Assembly (NCBI GenBank): GCA_964607805.1
Contig: CAZSLF010000001.1
Span: forward strand, 12,811-76,810
Reading direction: 5' to 3'
DNA length: 64,000 bases
Source of the DNA: an uncultured Candidatus Saccharibacteria bacterium
GTDB taxonomy: Bacteria > Patescibacteriota > Minisyncoccia > Phycocordibacterales > CAIZLB01
Shown: positions 7,245-16,329 of the stretch, piece after piece
Layout: the number at the start of each line of letters is the position of its first letter
How positions within the stretch are numbered: the first letter of the stretch is position 1
Program-made: the position numbers and the translations under genes
Notes under the pieces: generated by a model
Told to the model about the DNA's origin: nothing
Seen by the model: only the letters and a program-made list of their open reading frames with translations
Database searches by the model: none

Positions 7245-7813
7245 TACACGGTCCCCGGCGGTGGGGACACGTTTATAGATGGAAATCCGACGATAGGTTA
7301 CGTAACTATCATAGGCGGATGATCTGCTCTAGTGTCAGACCGATGACTTTAGGCTTCGTCAGTAGGTTCGAATGTTTCTACCCAGACCTCGCTTCAGTCA
7401 TACTCCCAAATGTTATTTCAGCATGGCGGTCAAGCCTTGCTGTTGATAATTGAGGTTGTCTCCTCATTGATGGCCGCGACTTGCGTTTAAGCCATTCATC
7501 GATTTTGTCTCTGAAGACTAAACAGGGTGAATCAGCCTATTCTCCCTGTCACTTCAGCAGACTGAACACGTCATATGATGGGTTTTGGGACCACATAGAG
7601 GACATCCGCCTTGTTACTGTCGATGGGAGCTACTTTGGCTTGCGCCATTTACGCATTCCGCGTTCAATTTGCCCCTCAAAATCCCCTAGAAGCTATATTT
7701 ATAGCCCTGCATTATTGCAGATTAGAAACTTTGAGGGACAAACTGAACATTTAAAGAACTTATGTCGAATACTGTACACTCTTTCCAGTATTAGTCAAGC
7801 ACGTCTCACCACC
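7245..7813 (-). ncRNA. Putative large structured non-coding RNA (~570 nt), class unknown
   Basis: No credible ORF, and GC is higher than in the flanks. Terminal inverted repeat 7260-7271 versus 7802-7813 (10/12). Nested helices: 7671-7680/7730-7739 enclosing perfect hairpins 7692-7705 and 7707-7720; 7511-7527/7544-7557; and 7286-7290/7316-7320 enclosing 7293-7297/7306-7310. Two hairpin plus U-run terminators read on the minus strand at its low-coordinate end. Strand is inferred. Confidence 0.55.
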
Positions 7814-7816
7814 TAA

Positions 7817-10039
7817 TTACTTATTACCAGAAGATTGTTCGAGCACGGCCTCACTCACCTTCTCCGCAATATTCCCTATATCCACCGTCGTAGTAAATCG
7901 TCCAAGTGAAATTCGAAGAGAACTCAACGCACAATTTGATCTTCCAAGAGCTTCGATAACATAAGAAGATGCATCTTCGTTCGTAGCGCGACAACTTGTA
8001 ACAGATGAAAGTTCAATTCCTAAAACATCGAGACGTAAAACTAGGAACTCTGCGTCAATTCCTGGGAAACAAATATTTAAATTATTAGGAAGTCTTTCTT
8101 CGAGAGTTCCATTTACCTTAATTCCTAAAACTTTATCTTGCAATTTACTCATAAGCATCTCAAGCAAAGTATCGCGGAACTCCAAAAGTTTTGCTGACTG
8201 ATCTTCCCTTTCGTTATGAGCTATATCGAGAGCATGCTTAAGACCAATAATTGCAGGGATATTTTCAGTTCCTGGCCGAAGACTACTTTCTTGATTGCCA
8301 CCTAGGAAAATTGGTGACAAATGAACATGTCGGCGTTTTACAAGCGCACCAACACCTCGTGGACCATAGACTTTTCCTCCATCAATAGTCATAAGATCAA
8401 TATTCAAAGTCATAATACGCATATCCTCATAAAGTGCTGCCTGACAAGCGTCTGTGTGGATATATGGATATCCAGTTCCCTCTCTTCCAAGACTTTTCTT
8501 AAAATGCCGCACTTCTCGCGCAATTTCTTTTAGCGGCTGAACGGTTCCAATTTCATTGTTCGCATAAATAATTGATATAAGAACAGTTTCTTCTCGCAAA
8601 ACTTTTTTAATATCTTTTGGATCTACTAGCCCATCTTCATTTACAGGAATAAAAGAAACATCTATACCTTTATTTATAAAATCAAGAGCGATTTCAATTA
8701 TAGAAGGATGTTCAATTGTAGAAATGATAAAGTGCGGACGAACTTTTTGTGGCTTATCGCCATTTTTCAATTTCTTTTCTAAAAGTTTATCACCTTCTGT
8801 CGTGCTACCTCTATCCACAAAACCTTTGAGAATCCCCTGAAAGACTAGATTATTTGTTTCAGTTCCTCCGGATGTGAAGAAAATTTCATTTTTATTTGCT
8901 CCGAAAAAAGCGGCCACTGACATGCGCGCATCCTCAAGAGCCTTTTTGGCCTGCACACCCTTCTTATATAGAGAAGATGGATTTGCCGGGAACTGATCCA
9001 TGGCCTCAAACATCACTTTTTTTACTCGAGGATCGATTGGAGTAAGTGAAGCATAGTCGGCGTATACGGGAGAGCTTAAGGGTTGGCCTGCAGTATTTGG
9101 TGCCAGCTGCGCTGTTGGAGTCGAAGTTTTAGTTGAAGGGAGAATGACAGAAGCTGGCGACACAGCTCCAGCAACTCTAGGAAAACTTTCCAAAATTTTT
9201 GGTTTTATGGCAGCGGCTGCAACGGCGGCTTCTGAAATTGCAGGCGGAACATCTTTGTCAAAATCCTCAGCAAACTTTTCTTCATCATGATGCAAATCCT
9301 GCAAATTTTTCTTGCGTCCTCGTCGAAAAGCTTCAAGTGCTGATTTAAAAATGTTTTTTGATTCTGTTGCTGGCGAGGGTTTTGGATCTTCTTTATGTTC
9401 GGGTAGCGCATTGTCAAATTCCTGATAATCAAATAAAACTGAATTTTCGTCTCTCTTTTCTTCATTTTCTAAATGAGACTCAGTCGCAATTAGAATCTCG
9501 TCTAACTTCTGAGCTAAATTTACTTTTTCTTCATCTTTTTCAGATTTCTCTGGAATTTCTGTCTCAATTTCCTTGACCTCCGCAATTTCTACTACACTTT
9601 CTTCAATTATTTTATTATGAATTTCGGTTTTTTCTGTTTTAGTTTGTTCTTCATTATCATCACCTACCTGAGCACTATTTTTAACACCTTTCAGTTTTTC
9701 TGAAAGTGAAGGTCGCCTATTGATATTCTTGTTTTCGCTTTTGTTTTCTCCGTCAAAACCTGTACTGGCGATCGCACCTTTCGAAAAACTTTTGCCAATA
9801 CCATTACTTAGACCATTACTCAAACCTTTACTAGTTTCAACAATTTTAGAATTTATTTGAGAAAATGAAGTTGTCAGAGAAGACTTAGCTTTTTCAGTTG
9901 CGCCTGTCACTTTCTTTTGAACTTTCTCCACAGAATTTCGAAAAGACTTAAAAGACTTCGATTCTTCCTTATCAATTGATTTTTTAAGTGCCCCAACAAT
10001 ATTTGAGGTCTTTTTAAGAAAATTTGAATCAAATTTCAT
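7817..10039 (-). CDS. Cysteine desulfurase (class V aminotransferase, IscS/NifS-like) with ~330-aa low-complexity N-terminal extension
   Basis: C-terminal ~400 aa carry the family pattern: YADYASLTPIDPRV, FTSGGTETNNLV, STIEHPSI, HTDACQA, GGNQESSLRPGTENIPAIIGL, and the active-site Cys region SSVTSCRA. Start taken at MKFDSNF (10039). The alternative upstream ATG at 10087 lies in an atypically GC-rich stretch. Confidence 0.85.
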   Translation of the reverse strand: MKFDSNFLKKTSNIVGALKKSIDKEESKSFKSFRNSVEKVQKKVTGATEKAKSSLTTSFSQINSKIVETSKGLSNGLSNGIGKSFSKGAIASTGFDGENKSENKNINRRPSLSEKLKGVKNSAQVGDDNEEQTKTEKTEIHNKIIEESVVEIAEVKEIETEIPEKSEKDEEKVNLAQKLDEILIATESHLENEEKRDENSVLFDYQEFDNALPEHKEDPKPSPATESKNIFKSALEAFRRGRKKNLQDLHHDEEKFAEDFDKDVPPAISEAAVAAAAIKPKILESFPRVAGAVSPASVILPSTKTSTPTAQLAPNTAGQPLSSPVYADYASLTPIDPRVKKVMFEAMDQFPANPSSLYKKGVQAKKALEDARMSVAAFFGANKNEIFFTSGGTETNNLVFQGILKGFVDRGSTTEGDKLLEKKLKNGDKPQKVRPHFIISTIEHPSIIEIALDFINKGIDVSFIPVNEDGLVDPKDIKKVLREETVLISIIYANNEIGTVQPLKEIAREVRHFKKSLGREGTGYPYIHTDACQAALYEDMRIMTLNIDLMTIDGGKVYGPRGVGALVKRRHVHLSPIFLGGNQESSLRPGTENIPAIIGLKHALDIAHNEREDQSAKLLEFRDTLLEMLMSKLQDKVLGIKVNGTLEERLPNNLNICFPGIDAEFLVLRLDVLGIELSSVTSCRATNEDASSYVIEALGRSNCALSSLRISLGRFTTTVDIGNIAEKVSEAVLEQSSGNK

Positions 10040-10150
10040 GTGGGTGTGGGGGTGGTCTTGCCGGCGCTTTGGGCGGGCCTCGGGCATAAATTAGTGCCTA
10101 GGCTATGGCGCCACTATACAAAAAAAAGAGCAATCTGTATACTTTGGAGC

Positions 10151-10666
10151 ATGAATATCGCAACTTCGTTCTCCGCCCTTTTTTCTTCATATCCATTTAA
10201 CCTAATTTTCACAATTTTTGTCGCAATCGCGCTAATCGTGTCAATTGTTTCTCTCATTATTTCTTTGAGGGCAAAAAATCGCATTTCTCAATTATTAAAT
10301 GGAAAAAATTCTAAAGATATTGATGAAGTGCTTATGCGCATTTATAAAAATATTTCTTCGCTGGATCAATTTCGCACAAAAATTCTTGCCGACATATCTG
10401 TGATGAATACAAAAATTTCTCGATCGGCGCAGAGTATCGAAACTGTACGATTTAATCCTTTCAAAGGTACTGGATCTGGTGGAAATCAAAGTTTTGCTAC
10501 TGCAATTTTAAATGAAAATGGTGACGGCGTAATTCTTTCAAGTTTATATTCAAGCGATCGAGTTAGTATTTTTGCAAAACCAATTTTGAAATTAGAGTCA
10601 ACATATGAATTAACTGAAGAAGAAATTCAGGCTCTGCATGCAGCTGCGACAAAATTAGGGCTCTAA
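10151..10666 (+). CDS. DUF4446-like membrane protein
   Basis: ORF trimmed to MNIATSF (ATG 10151). N-terminal TM helix; VRFNPFKGTGSGGNQSFATAILNENGDGVILSSLYSSDRVSIFAKPI...LTEEEIQAL matches my recollection of the DUF4446 pattern. Confidence 0.6.
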   Translation: MNIATSFSALFSSYPFNLIFTIFVAIALIVSIVSLIISLRAKNRISQLLNGKNSKDIDEVLMRIYKNISSLDQFRTKILADISVMNTKISRSAQSIETVRFNPFKGTGSGGNQSFATAILNENGDGVILSSLYSSDRVSIFAKPILKLESTYELTEEEIQALHAAATKLGL

Positions 10667-10760
10667 TTTTTGCGACTTTGCGATAATTCAAGCAAAAGGG
10701 CTTAGGCTAAGGCGCTCCTCATTGCTAAATGGCAAAAAATGATGTACATTCTATTGACAT

Positions 10761-12395
10761 ATGGCGTCATCCTCTGTTAAAACTTCACCCAAAAAACCTT
10801 TATCTGAGCCTTCGGATGCGGTTTCTGCACATCAGGGTGAAGGTCCTCGTGCACCAGTTGTTGTAGTTATGGGTCATATTGACCATGGAAAATCGACTCT
10901 TCTAGATTATATTCGAAGTACAAATATTGTAGATCGTGAAGTAGGTGGAATTACTCAACGTATGTCTGCATATGAAGTCGTGCATGATCAGGAAGGCATA
11001 AAAAAGCATATAACTTTTCTTGACACGCCAGGACATGAAAGTTTCAACGCTATGCGAGCTCGTGGTGCACTTGCTGCTGATATTGCAATTCTAATTGTTT
11101 CTGCTGAAGATGGTGTTAAGCCTCAAACTTTGGATGCATTCAATGCAATTAAAGTAGCTCGTCTTCCCTACATAGTTGGAATTAGTAAAATCGACAAACC
11201 AAACGCTTCAGTTGATCGTGTAAAACTTTCTCTGGCTGAAAATGAAATTTATGTTGAAGGATATGGTGGAGATATTCCATTTGTTCCCTTTTCAGGAAAA
11301 TCAGGTGAAGGTATAAACGATCTTTTAGACATGATTCTTTTAACTTCAGAAGTTGAAGGGTTCTCTGCAAATCCTGCTGAAGCCGCTGAGTGTATGGTTA
11401 TTGAATCTAATCAGGACAAGATTCGTGGTATTTCCGCTACTTTGATTATTAAAAATGGAACTCTCAACACTGGCGATGTTCTAGTTTCAGGAAGTGCAAT
11501 CTCCACAGTTCGAATTCTTGAGAATTTCCTTGGCAAACCAATTAAATCCGCTGGTCCGTCTACGCCGGTTAGAGTTGTTGGGTGGTCGGAGGCACCTGAA
11601 GTTGGAGGTCTTTGCTTTACATTCAAGAACAAGAAGGAAGCTGAAGAATTTGTATTAACTGAAAAAAATAGAATTGCTGAAGAAAGTTTGAAGAGTAGAA
11701 GTGTAAATGGTAACGGCACTAACGGCGGCAATGGTATGGGCGGAGGCACTAATATGGGAGGTATTGCAAAAGATGAGAATGGCGAAGAGATAGCCATTGT
11801 CCCAATTGTTCTAAAAGGAGATACAAATGGAACTCTTGAAGCAGTAAAATATGAAATTCAAAAACTAAAAATTGAACGTGTAATTTTGAAAACTGTTCAA
11901 GCTAGTGTTGGTGATATTAGTGAAAACGATGTAAAGCTTGCCTCAGGAAAAGCCGGAACAATAATTGTTGGATTTAATACAAAAGTTGATAATTCTGCAA
12001 AATCTTTAGCCCTTCGAACGGGGGTGCATATTGAAACATTTGATATCATTTACAAATTGACAGAATGGCTTGAAATTAAAGCAAAAGAATATACTCCTAA
12101 GCGACACGTCGAAGAAGAGAAAGGAACGCTTAAGGTTTTGAAAATTTTCAGTACAAATCGTGACAAACAAGTAATTGGAGGTCGTGTTGAAATCGGAACT
12201 GTTTCTCTTCACGATGAAGTAAAAATTATGCGACGCGAAAGCGAGATTGGAAAAGGACGAATCCGCGAATTGCAGCAGCAAAAAAACAAGGTTGGATCAG
12301 TGGAAGAAGGAAAAGAATGCGGACTTATGGTCGAATCAAAAATCGAATTGGCTCCTGGTGATAAATTAGTAGCATTTGAAGTTATTTTTAAGTAA
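10761..12395 (+). CDS. infB: Translation initiation factor IF-2 (short form)
   Basis: G1 [10 protein letters not shown]3 DTPGHESF, G4-like SKID; C-terminal domains. Followed by rbfA, as in many bacteria. Confidence 0.93.
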   Translation: MASSSVKTSPKKPLSEPSDAVSAHQGEGPRAPVVVVMGHIDHGKSTLLDYIRSTNIVDREVGGITQRMSAYEVVHDQEGIKKHITFLDTPGHESFNAMRARGALAADIAILIVSAEDGVKPQTLDAFNAIKVARLPYIVGISKIDKPNASVDRVKLSLAENEIYVEGYGGDIPFVPFSGKSGEGINDLLDMILLTSEVEGFSANPAEAAECMVIESNQDKIRGISATLIIKNGTLNTGDVLVSGSAISTVRILENFLGKPIKSAGPSTPVRVVGWSEAPEVGGLCFTFKNKKEAEEFVLTEKNRIAEESLKSRSVNGNGTNGGNGMGGGTNMGGIAKDENGEEIAIVPIVLKGDTNGTLEAVKYEIQKLKIERVILKTVQASVGDISENDVKLASGKAGTIIVGFNTKVDNSAKSLALRTGVHIETFDIIYKLTEWLEIKAKEYTPKRHVEEEKGTLKVLKIFSTNRDKQVIGGRVEIGTVSLHDEVKIMRRESEIGKGRIRELQQQKNKVGSVEEGKECGLMVESKIELAPGDKLVAFEVIFK

Positions 12396-12435
12396 TGACC
12401 GATCGGCGGTCTTGCGACGATAAACAAAAACTACC

Positions 12436-12756
12436 ATGGTAAAAGGATATAAAGACGAAAAAATTGAACATATAATTAAACAACTCGCTTCTGAGTTTCT
12501 TTCTCGTGAATCAAATCGACAATCTCTCGTAACTGTTACCGATGTTATCTTCGGATACCGCTCAAAATCAGCGAAAATTTTGATTTCTGTTATGCCCGAT
12601 CATAAAGCTGAAGCCGCTCTTGATTTTGCTCAAAGAAAGCGAGGCGAACTCCGAGAATATCTTAAAGAGAAGAGTAAATTGTCTATAATCCCCTTTCTAA
12701 GTATCGAACTTGATATCGGCGAGAAGAATCGCCAGAACGTTGATAAGCTTATTTAA
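12436..12756 (+). CDS. rbfA: Ribosome-binding factor A
   Basis: 106 aa, immediately after infB. KH-like pattern (VTVTDV...SKSAKILISV...LREYL...PFLSIELD). Confidence 0.75.
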   Translation: MVKGYKDEKIEHIIKQLASEFLSRESNRQSLVTVTDVIFGYRSKSAKILISVMPDHKAEAALDFAQRKRGELREYLKEKSKLSIIPFLSIELDIGEKNRQNVDKLI

Positions 12757-12871
12757 GCGAACAATTTTGCAAGAATGAGTTTTAAGGCGACTTGTCCTAG
12801 GCCTTAGTTTTGTATAGAATCAAGCGGTAGAACTGTGGCAGATTTTTTATGTGCAGTCTATATATGTAAAT

Positions 12872-12944
12872 GGCGTAGTGGTGAAGTGGTTAACACCGCA
12901 GTTTGCAAAACTGCTATGCGCCGGTTCGATCCCGGCCTACGCCT
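12872..12944 (+). tRNA. tRNA-Cys (anticodon GCA)
   Basis: Acceptor GGCGTAG/CTACGCC, anticodon arm GCAGT-TTGCAAA-ACTGC, T arm GCCGG-TTCGATC-CCGGC, discriminator T. No CCA. Confidence 0.9.
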
Positions 12945-13006
12945 CAAAAAAAAATAAACTGGAAAATTCATCCAGAAGTGCTAGAATAGTCTCCGTATTA
13001 AACCCT

Positions 13007-13090
13007 GCCCGGGTGTCGGAATGGTAGACGACGAAGACTTAAAATTTTCTGGCCTTAACAGCCGTGTGGGTTCGAGTCCCACCCCGGGCA
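13007..13090 (+). tRNA. tRNA-Leu (anticodon TAA), long variable arm
   Basis: Acceptor GCCCGGG/CCCGGGC, anticodon arm GAAGA-CTTAAAA-TTTTC, a variable arm, T arm GTGGG-TTCGAGT-CCCAC, discriminator A. No CCA. Confidence 0.9.
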
Positions 13091-13155
13091 CAAATATAAA
13101 AGCCCCAAGCAGAATTTATTCTACTCGGGACTCGACTTTTCTTAGCTGATGTATT

Positions 13156-13338
13156 TCAGCTCGTCTCCTGGTTAGTAGGTTTTTTCTTTTTGCTTGCTTC
13201 CTTGATTGCCGCGCCAATACTAAGCAAAGCAAAGCAAATCGCTTTCAGAGCTGGCATATAGTTATCAGACTTATAATCAGTACCAGCCAATTGATTTCGA
13301 GACGCTGTCACGAAATCTTCGTATCTTGGTTTGTCCAT
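13156..13338 (-). CDS. Small hypothetical protein with a C-terminal hydrophobic helix
   Basis: ORF 13156..13413 trimmed to MDKPRYEDF, which is preceded by GGAGGATTTAAAA, a good SD at suitable spacing. Confidence 0.5.
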   Translation of the reverse strand: MDKPRYEDFVTASRNQLAGTDYKSDNYMPALKAICFALLSIGAAIKEASKKKKPTNQETS

Positions 13339-13455
13339 TTTTAAATCCTCCAATATTGTTACGGAGACACTCTCACCGTGGAGGCCGTGGATAGGAAATT
13401 CCAACGACACCAAAGTTTTCCATACTGCGGCAGAGAAGTCAATTTCGACTAAAAT

Positions 13456-14127
13456 ATGGTGTATAATTACCCCATGGCTAAAAAAGAGACTCTAAAGGCT
13501 GTTTTATATGTTTTGGCAGGGGTGATCATTGCCCTATTAATTTTCACTTTCTCTGGCATGGGTGAAAATAAAAAAGAAGTTTTGGATAATGAACCAAAGG
13601 ATACAATCGCAACAACAACTGATTCATCTAAAATTTGGGATGCGAGTTCAATCGCTAAAATCCGTGCTGCAGTAGGTGAGACATTCTTAGACATAAAAAC
13701 AGAGCAAAGCGAAAAAATTTCAATATATAAAAAGGCAGATATTACTGGCGATGGAATTGATGAAGCACTTGTTTCTCTAGGATCTGGTGGCGCTTATACT
13801 GGATATTATGCTCTCATGCAAGTTGATCCAAAAGATAAAACAAATACAAAAATTGTTTCTGCGAGATTTAAAACTGCTGAAGGAAAGATTGAAGATGTAA
13901 TGTTTGTCGAAGGAACTTCTGTTTCGCACGGTATGTCAGTCGAATTGGCCCCTTCAAAGCAAGCAATTTACGCTGAAAGCTGGCAAATTGATCCAATAAA
14001 TCCTGACACTGTTTCTTGTCAGATTGAAGCATATAAATGGAATAAAAATTCTGGGATTTTTGAGTTCAATGATGCGCTGGGTAAGAGTGCTACTGAGAGT
14101 TATTGTGAGGGGATTTTTGCGAGGTAA
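13456..14127 (+). CDS. Membrane-anchored or secreted hypothetical protein
   Basis: 223-aa ORF with an N-terminal TM helix (VLYVLAGVIIALLIFTF) and a DITGDGIDEA segment. The start could instead be MAKKETL at 13474. Confidence 0.7.
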   Translation: MVYNYPMAKKETLKAVLYVLAGVIIALLIFTFSGMGENKKEVLDNEPKDTIATTTDSSKIWDASSIAKIRAAVGETFLDIKTEQSEKISIYKKADITGDGIDEALVSLGSGGAYTGYYALMQVDPKDKTNTKIVSARFKTAEGKIEDVMFVEGTSVSHGMSVELAPSKQAIYAESWQIDPINPDTVSCQIEAYKWNKNSGIFEFNDALGKSATESYCEGIFAR

Positions 14128-14133
14128 ATTCAT

Positions 14134-14268
14134 GTGGTCAGGAATAATTTGTTCGTCGTCACTCACAAATTTTCCCGACCCTGACTCGCCTCTTTTTTCT
14201 ACTGAAAAAAGAGGGCTCCGTCTCGCACATGTATCGAGAAATTCAAAGCAGTTTGAATTTCTCACTCA
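14134..14268 (-). repeat. tRNA-linked structured element, copy E3 (downstream of tRNA-Lys)
   Basis: RNA sense, in order: tRNA-proximal hairpin (14226-14268); GGAGCC box; hairpin CCUCUUUUUU/AAAAAAGAGG (14189-14198/14205-14214); GAGGCGAG; closing helix GGUCG/UGACC (14176-14180/14136-14140); and hairpin GGAAAAUUUG/CAAAUU-A-UUCC (14166-14175/14141-14151). It aligns closely to E4. Confidence 0.65.
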
Positions 14269-14270
14269 TG

Positions 14271-14343
14271 TGCGCCTAGTAGGATTCGAACCTACGACCG
14301 TTCGCTTAAGAGGCGACTGCTCTACCAACTGAGCTATAAGCGC
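14271..14343 (-). tRNA. tRNA-Lys (anticodon CTT)
   Basis: Acceptor GCGCTTA/TAGGCGC, D arm GCTC..GAGC, anticodon loop CTCTTAA, T arm GTAGG-TTCGAAT-CCTAC, discriminator A. No CCA. Confidence 0.9.
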
Positions 14344-14491
14344 ATATATTTAATGCAGTCTCTATGGTATCAAAATCTGGCCATTATTCAACCTTTAATT
14401 AGACAATGGCAAAAACGACGCTGGAAAAATAATTAAATTCATGTATTATGATGGAGTTCAGATGTATCTGGACAGAAAACGAATATTAGCT

Positions 14492-14576
14492 GGGCGAGTG
14501 GTGGAATTGGTATACACGTACGCCTTAGGAGCGTATGCCGTAAGGCTTGGGAGTTCAAGTCTCCCCTCGCCCACCA
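14492..14576 (+). tRNA. tRNA-Leu (anticodon TAG), long variable arm, CCA encoded
   Basis: Acceptor GGGCGAG/CTCGCCC, anticodon arm TACGC-CTTAGGA-GCGTA, T arm GGGAG-TTCAAGT-CTCCC, then ACCA. This is the only tRNA in the window with a genomically encoded CCA. Confidence 0.9.
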
Positions 14577-14591
14577 GAATAGAATTTTGTT

Positions 14592-14619
14592 AAAAGACCC
14601 TTAAAAATAAGGGTCTTTT
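14592..14619 (+). terminator. Rho-independent terminator after tRNA-Leu(TAG)
   Basis: agaccctt (14595-14602) / aagggtct (14609-14616) followed by tttt. Confidence 0.7.
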
Positions 14620-14622
14620 AAC

Positions 14623-14651
14623 TTGACTTTATTTCATATATATTGTAAAAT
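14623..14651 (+). promoter_or_regulatory. Sigma70-like promoter
   Basis: TTGACT at 14623-14628, 17-nt spacer, TAAAAT at 14646-14651. Confidence 0.55.
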
Positions 14652-14714
14652 ATACCAAGACTGACACTCTGTCAGACGATCTCAAAAAACAAAAACTAAC
14701 CACGGAGGTTTCCA

Positions 14715-15374
14715 ATGTCTGCTACAACAAAGCAAACGATCGGAAACCTACTGTTTGGTTTCCAGATCATCTGTGCAGTTATTTTCTGCACCTCTCAAGC
14801 CTTGAAGATGCTTGAGAGCACACAAGGTGTGTCCTTTTCATTCTTCATTTGTCATGGCATCTTTTCACTTCTCAACTTGTCACTTTCTGTAGTCGCGGTA
14901 CGCGAATCAACAGACGGTGATCGGATGCTTAAGAAGCAAAGTGTTTTCATTTATACTTTGTGGACGTTAATTCTTTTGATTCACGTCTCAATTGCGATTT
15001 GGAAAATGCCGGATTTGTGGAAGTATTCCGACACTATCACTGTGTCGGTTGTCTCACTCGGTGTTGCTGCTACGGTGGCATTCGCTAAAGTGAAAAAACT
15101 TCCACTTCTCGACCCGTATGTAAAAGCGGGGCTGGCCATCTTCATCAAATCCATCCCTCAAGTCGCCCTTGCTTGGAGCATCTCGCTTTATGGCAAAGGT
15201 GGCCTGTCAGGAGTATGGATCTTGTTTGGACATATCACCATACTCACCCGTCTCGTACACCTTTGGATTTCTAACCGCGAACAGTGGAATCGAAATACTA
15301 AAGGATCGTTCGTCAGTGAAGTATGGAATGAATTAAGTTGGCTCGCTGCGACAATCGCTTGGCTAGCCTTCTAA
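14715..15374 (+). CDS. Polytopic membrane protein (about 6-7 TM), family not recognised
   Basis: 219-aa ORF, GGAGG SD 8 nt upstream, multiple hydrophobic helices, GC-richer composition. Confidence 0.7.
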   Translation: MSATTKQTIGNLLFGFQIICAVIFCTSQALKMLESTQGVSFSFFICHGIFSLLNLSLSVVAVRESTDGDRMLKKQSVFIYTLWTLILLIHVSIAIWKMPDLWKYSDTITVSVVSLGVAATVAFAKVKKLPLLDPYVKAGLAIFIKSIPQVALAWSISLYGKGGLSGVWILFGHITILTRLVHLWISNREQWNRNTKGSFVSEVWNELSWLAATIAWLAF

Positions 15375-15545
15375 GGGACCTCGTTAAGGAATTAATGGGG
15401 TCTTTTTATTTACTTTTAATTATGTTTATGCAATCATTTTCACCAGCTCTTTAAGCTCTGACCAAAGAACCATCTACCTTCAACTACCGCCGCTACTACC
15501 ACTCCGCCCTCACCTCAACAACTTCACACAGTCACCTCACAAAAT

Positions 15546-15986
15546 ATGAAAGCTATTCTGCTCTCCCTCGTCGCTGCAATCGGATTTGGACTGGCTGGTC
15601 CATTGGCCAAAATTGCCTTTAATAAAGGTCTTCAGGCAAATGGCCTAATCTACTCCTACTCTCTTTGCCTCATGCTTCTCACTTTCGTTGGAAATGGAAC
15701 ACAGAAAGGAATCGTCAGTGTTTTTCCAACAACCGGTTCGCTCGTCTGGGGACTTGTGGCAGGCCTAGTTGCGGCTATTGGTTTCAAGGCGACCTCGTCT
15801 GCTCTTGCAATTCCCGACTCGATGGTATCGATTGTCACTGTTCTTTCGGCCGCTTACCCCCTCATATCAATCGCGATTAGCATCCCGCTTTTCGATGAAA
15901 AGATGATAATGACTCGATTTCTCCCAGGATCGCTCATGATTATCGGAGGAGTATATCTGGTTTCAACTAGTACGAAATTGCCATAG
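15546..15986 (+). CDS. Small EamA/DMT-like membrane transporter (single-domain, 4-5 TM)
   Basis: 146 aa with Gly/Ala-rich TM helices ending ...LPGSLMIIGGVYLVS, typical of EamA-domain proteins. Family call is tentative. Confidence 0.55.
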   Translation: MKAILLSLVAAIGFGLAGPLAKIAFNKGLQANGLIYSYSLCLMLLTFVGNGTQKGIVSVFPTTGSLVWGLVAGLVAAIGFKATSSALAIPDSMVSIVTVLSAAYPLISIAISIPLFDEKMIMTRFLPGSLMIIGGVYLVSTSTKLP

Positions 15987-16139
15987 CATTATTCATAGCC
16001 ATGAATTGGCACTTTTAGTTGCTAGTAGCTTCTAATAGTTACTCGAACTTAGTTTTTTTCGAATGGCCCTTACAATTTGTTAAGGGTCATTTTGCTATTT
16101 TTAGGAGTGATTTTATTAATATTTTAGTAATATTTTGTA

Positions 16140-16168
16140 TTGACAAATACCCTCCCGTATGTTACTGT
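16140..16168 (+). promoter_or_regulatory. Candidate promoter of the 16330-18806 operon
   Basis: TTGACA at 16140-16145; the -10 is weak (TACTGT at 17 nt). Followed by a ~160-nt leader with three hairpins. Confidence 0.35.
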
Positions 16169-16329
16169 TTTTTGCAGTAACTGCCCGTCACAGTTTCCAT
16201 CATTCACAAACAAATTAGCGCCTTTAAAAAGCGCTAACAAACCAAAACACCGCAACCCAGCAACCTCAAAAGGGCAGTCTTTCCCCTGACGGAGGAAAGA
16301 GACTGTACTTTTACAACTTAATACTACTT

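Noticed and set aside
7245-7813. tmRNA, RNase P RNA or a group II intron as the identity of the structured region
   Set aside because: The + strand GGGGACACG...GGAAATCCGACG recalls a tmRNA 5' end, and the far end reads ..TCTCACC-ACC. But there is no T-arm before the 3' acceptor strand, no G3-U70 pair, no tag-like reading frame, and it is about 150 nt too long. No GGAAAGUCC/ACAGAA..CCGGCUUA P4 pair for RNase P. No GUGYG start with a domain V hairpin for a group II intron, and it interrupts no gene.
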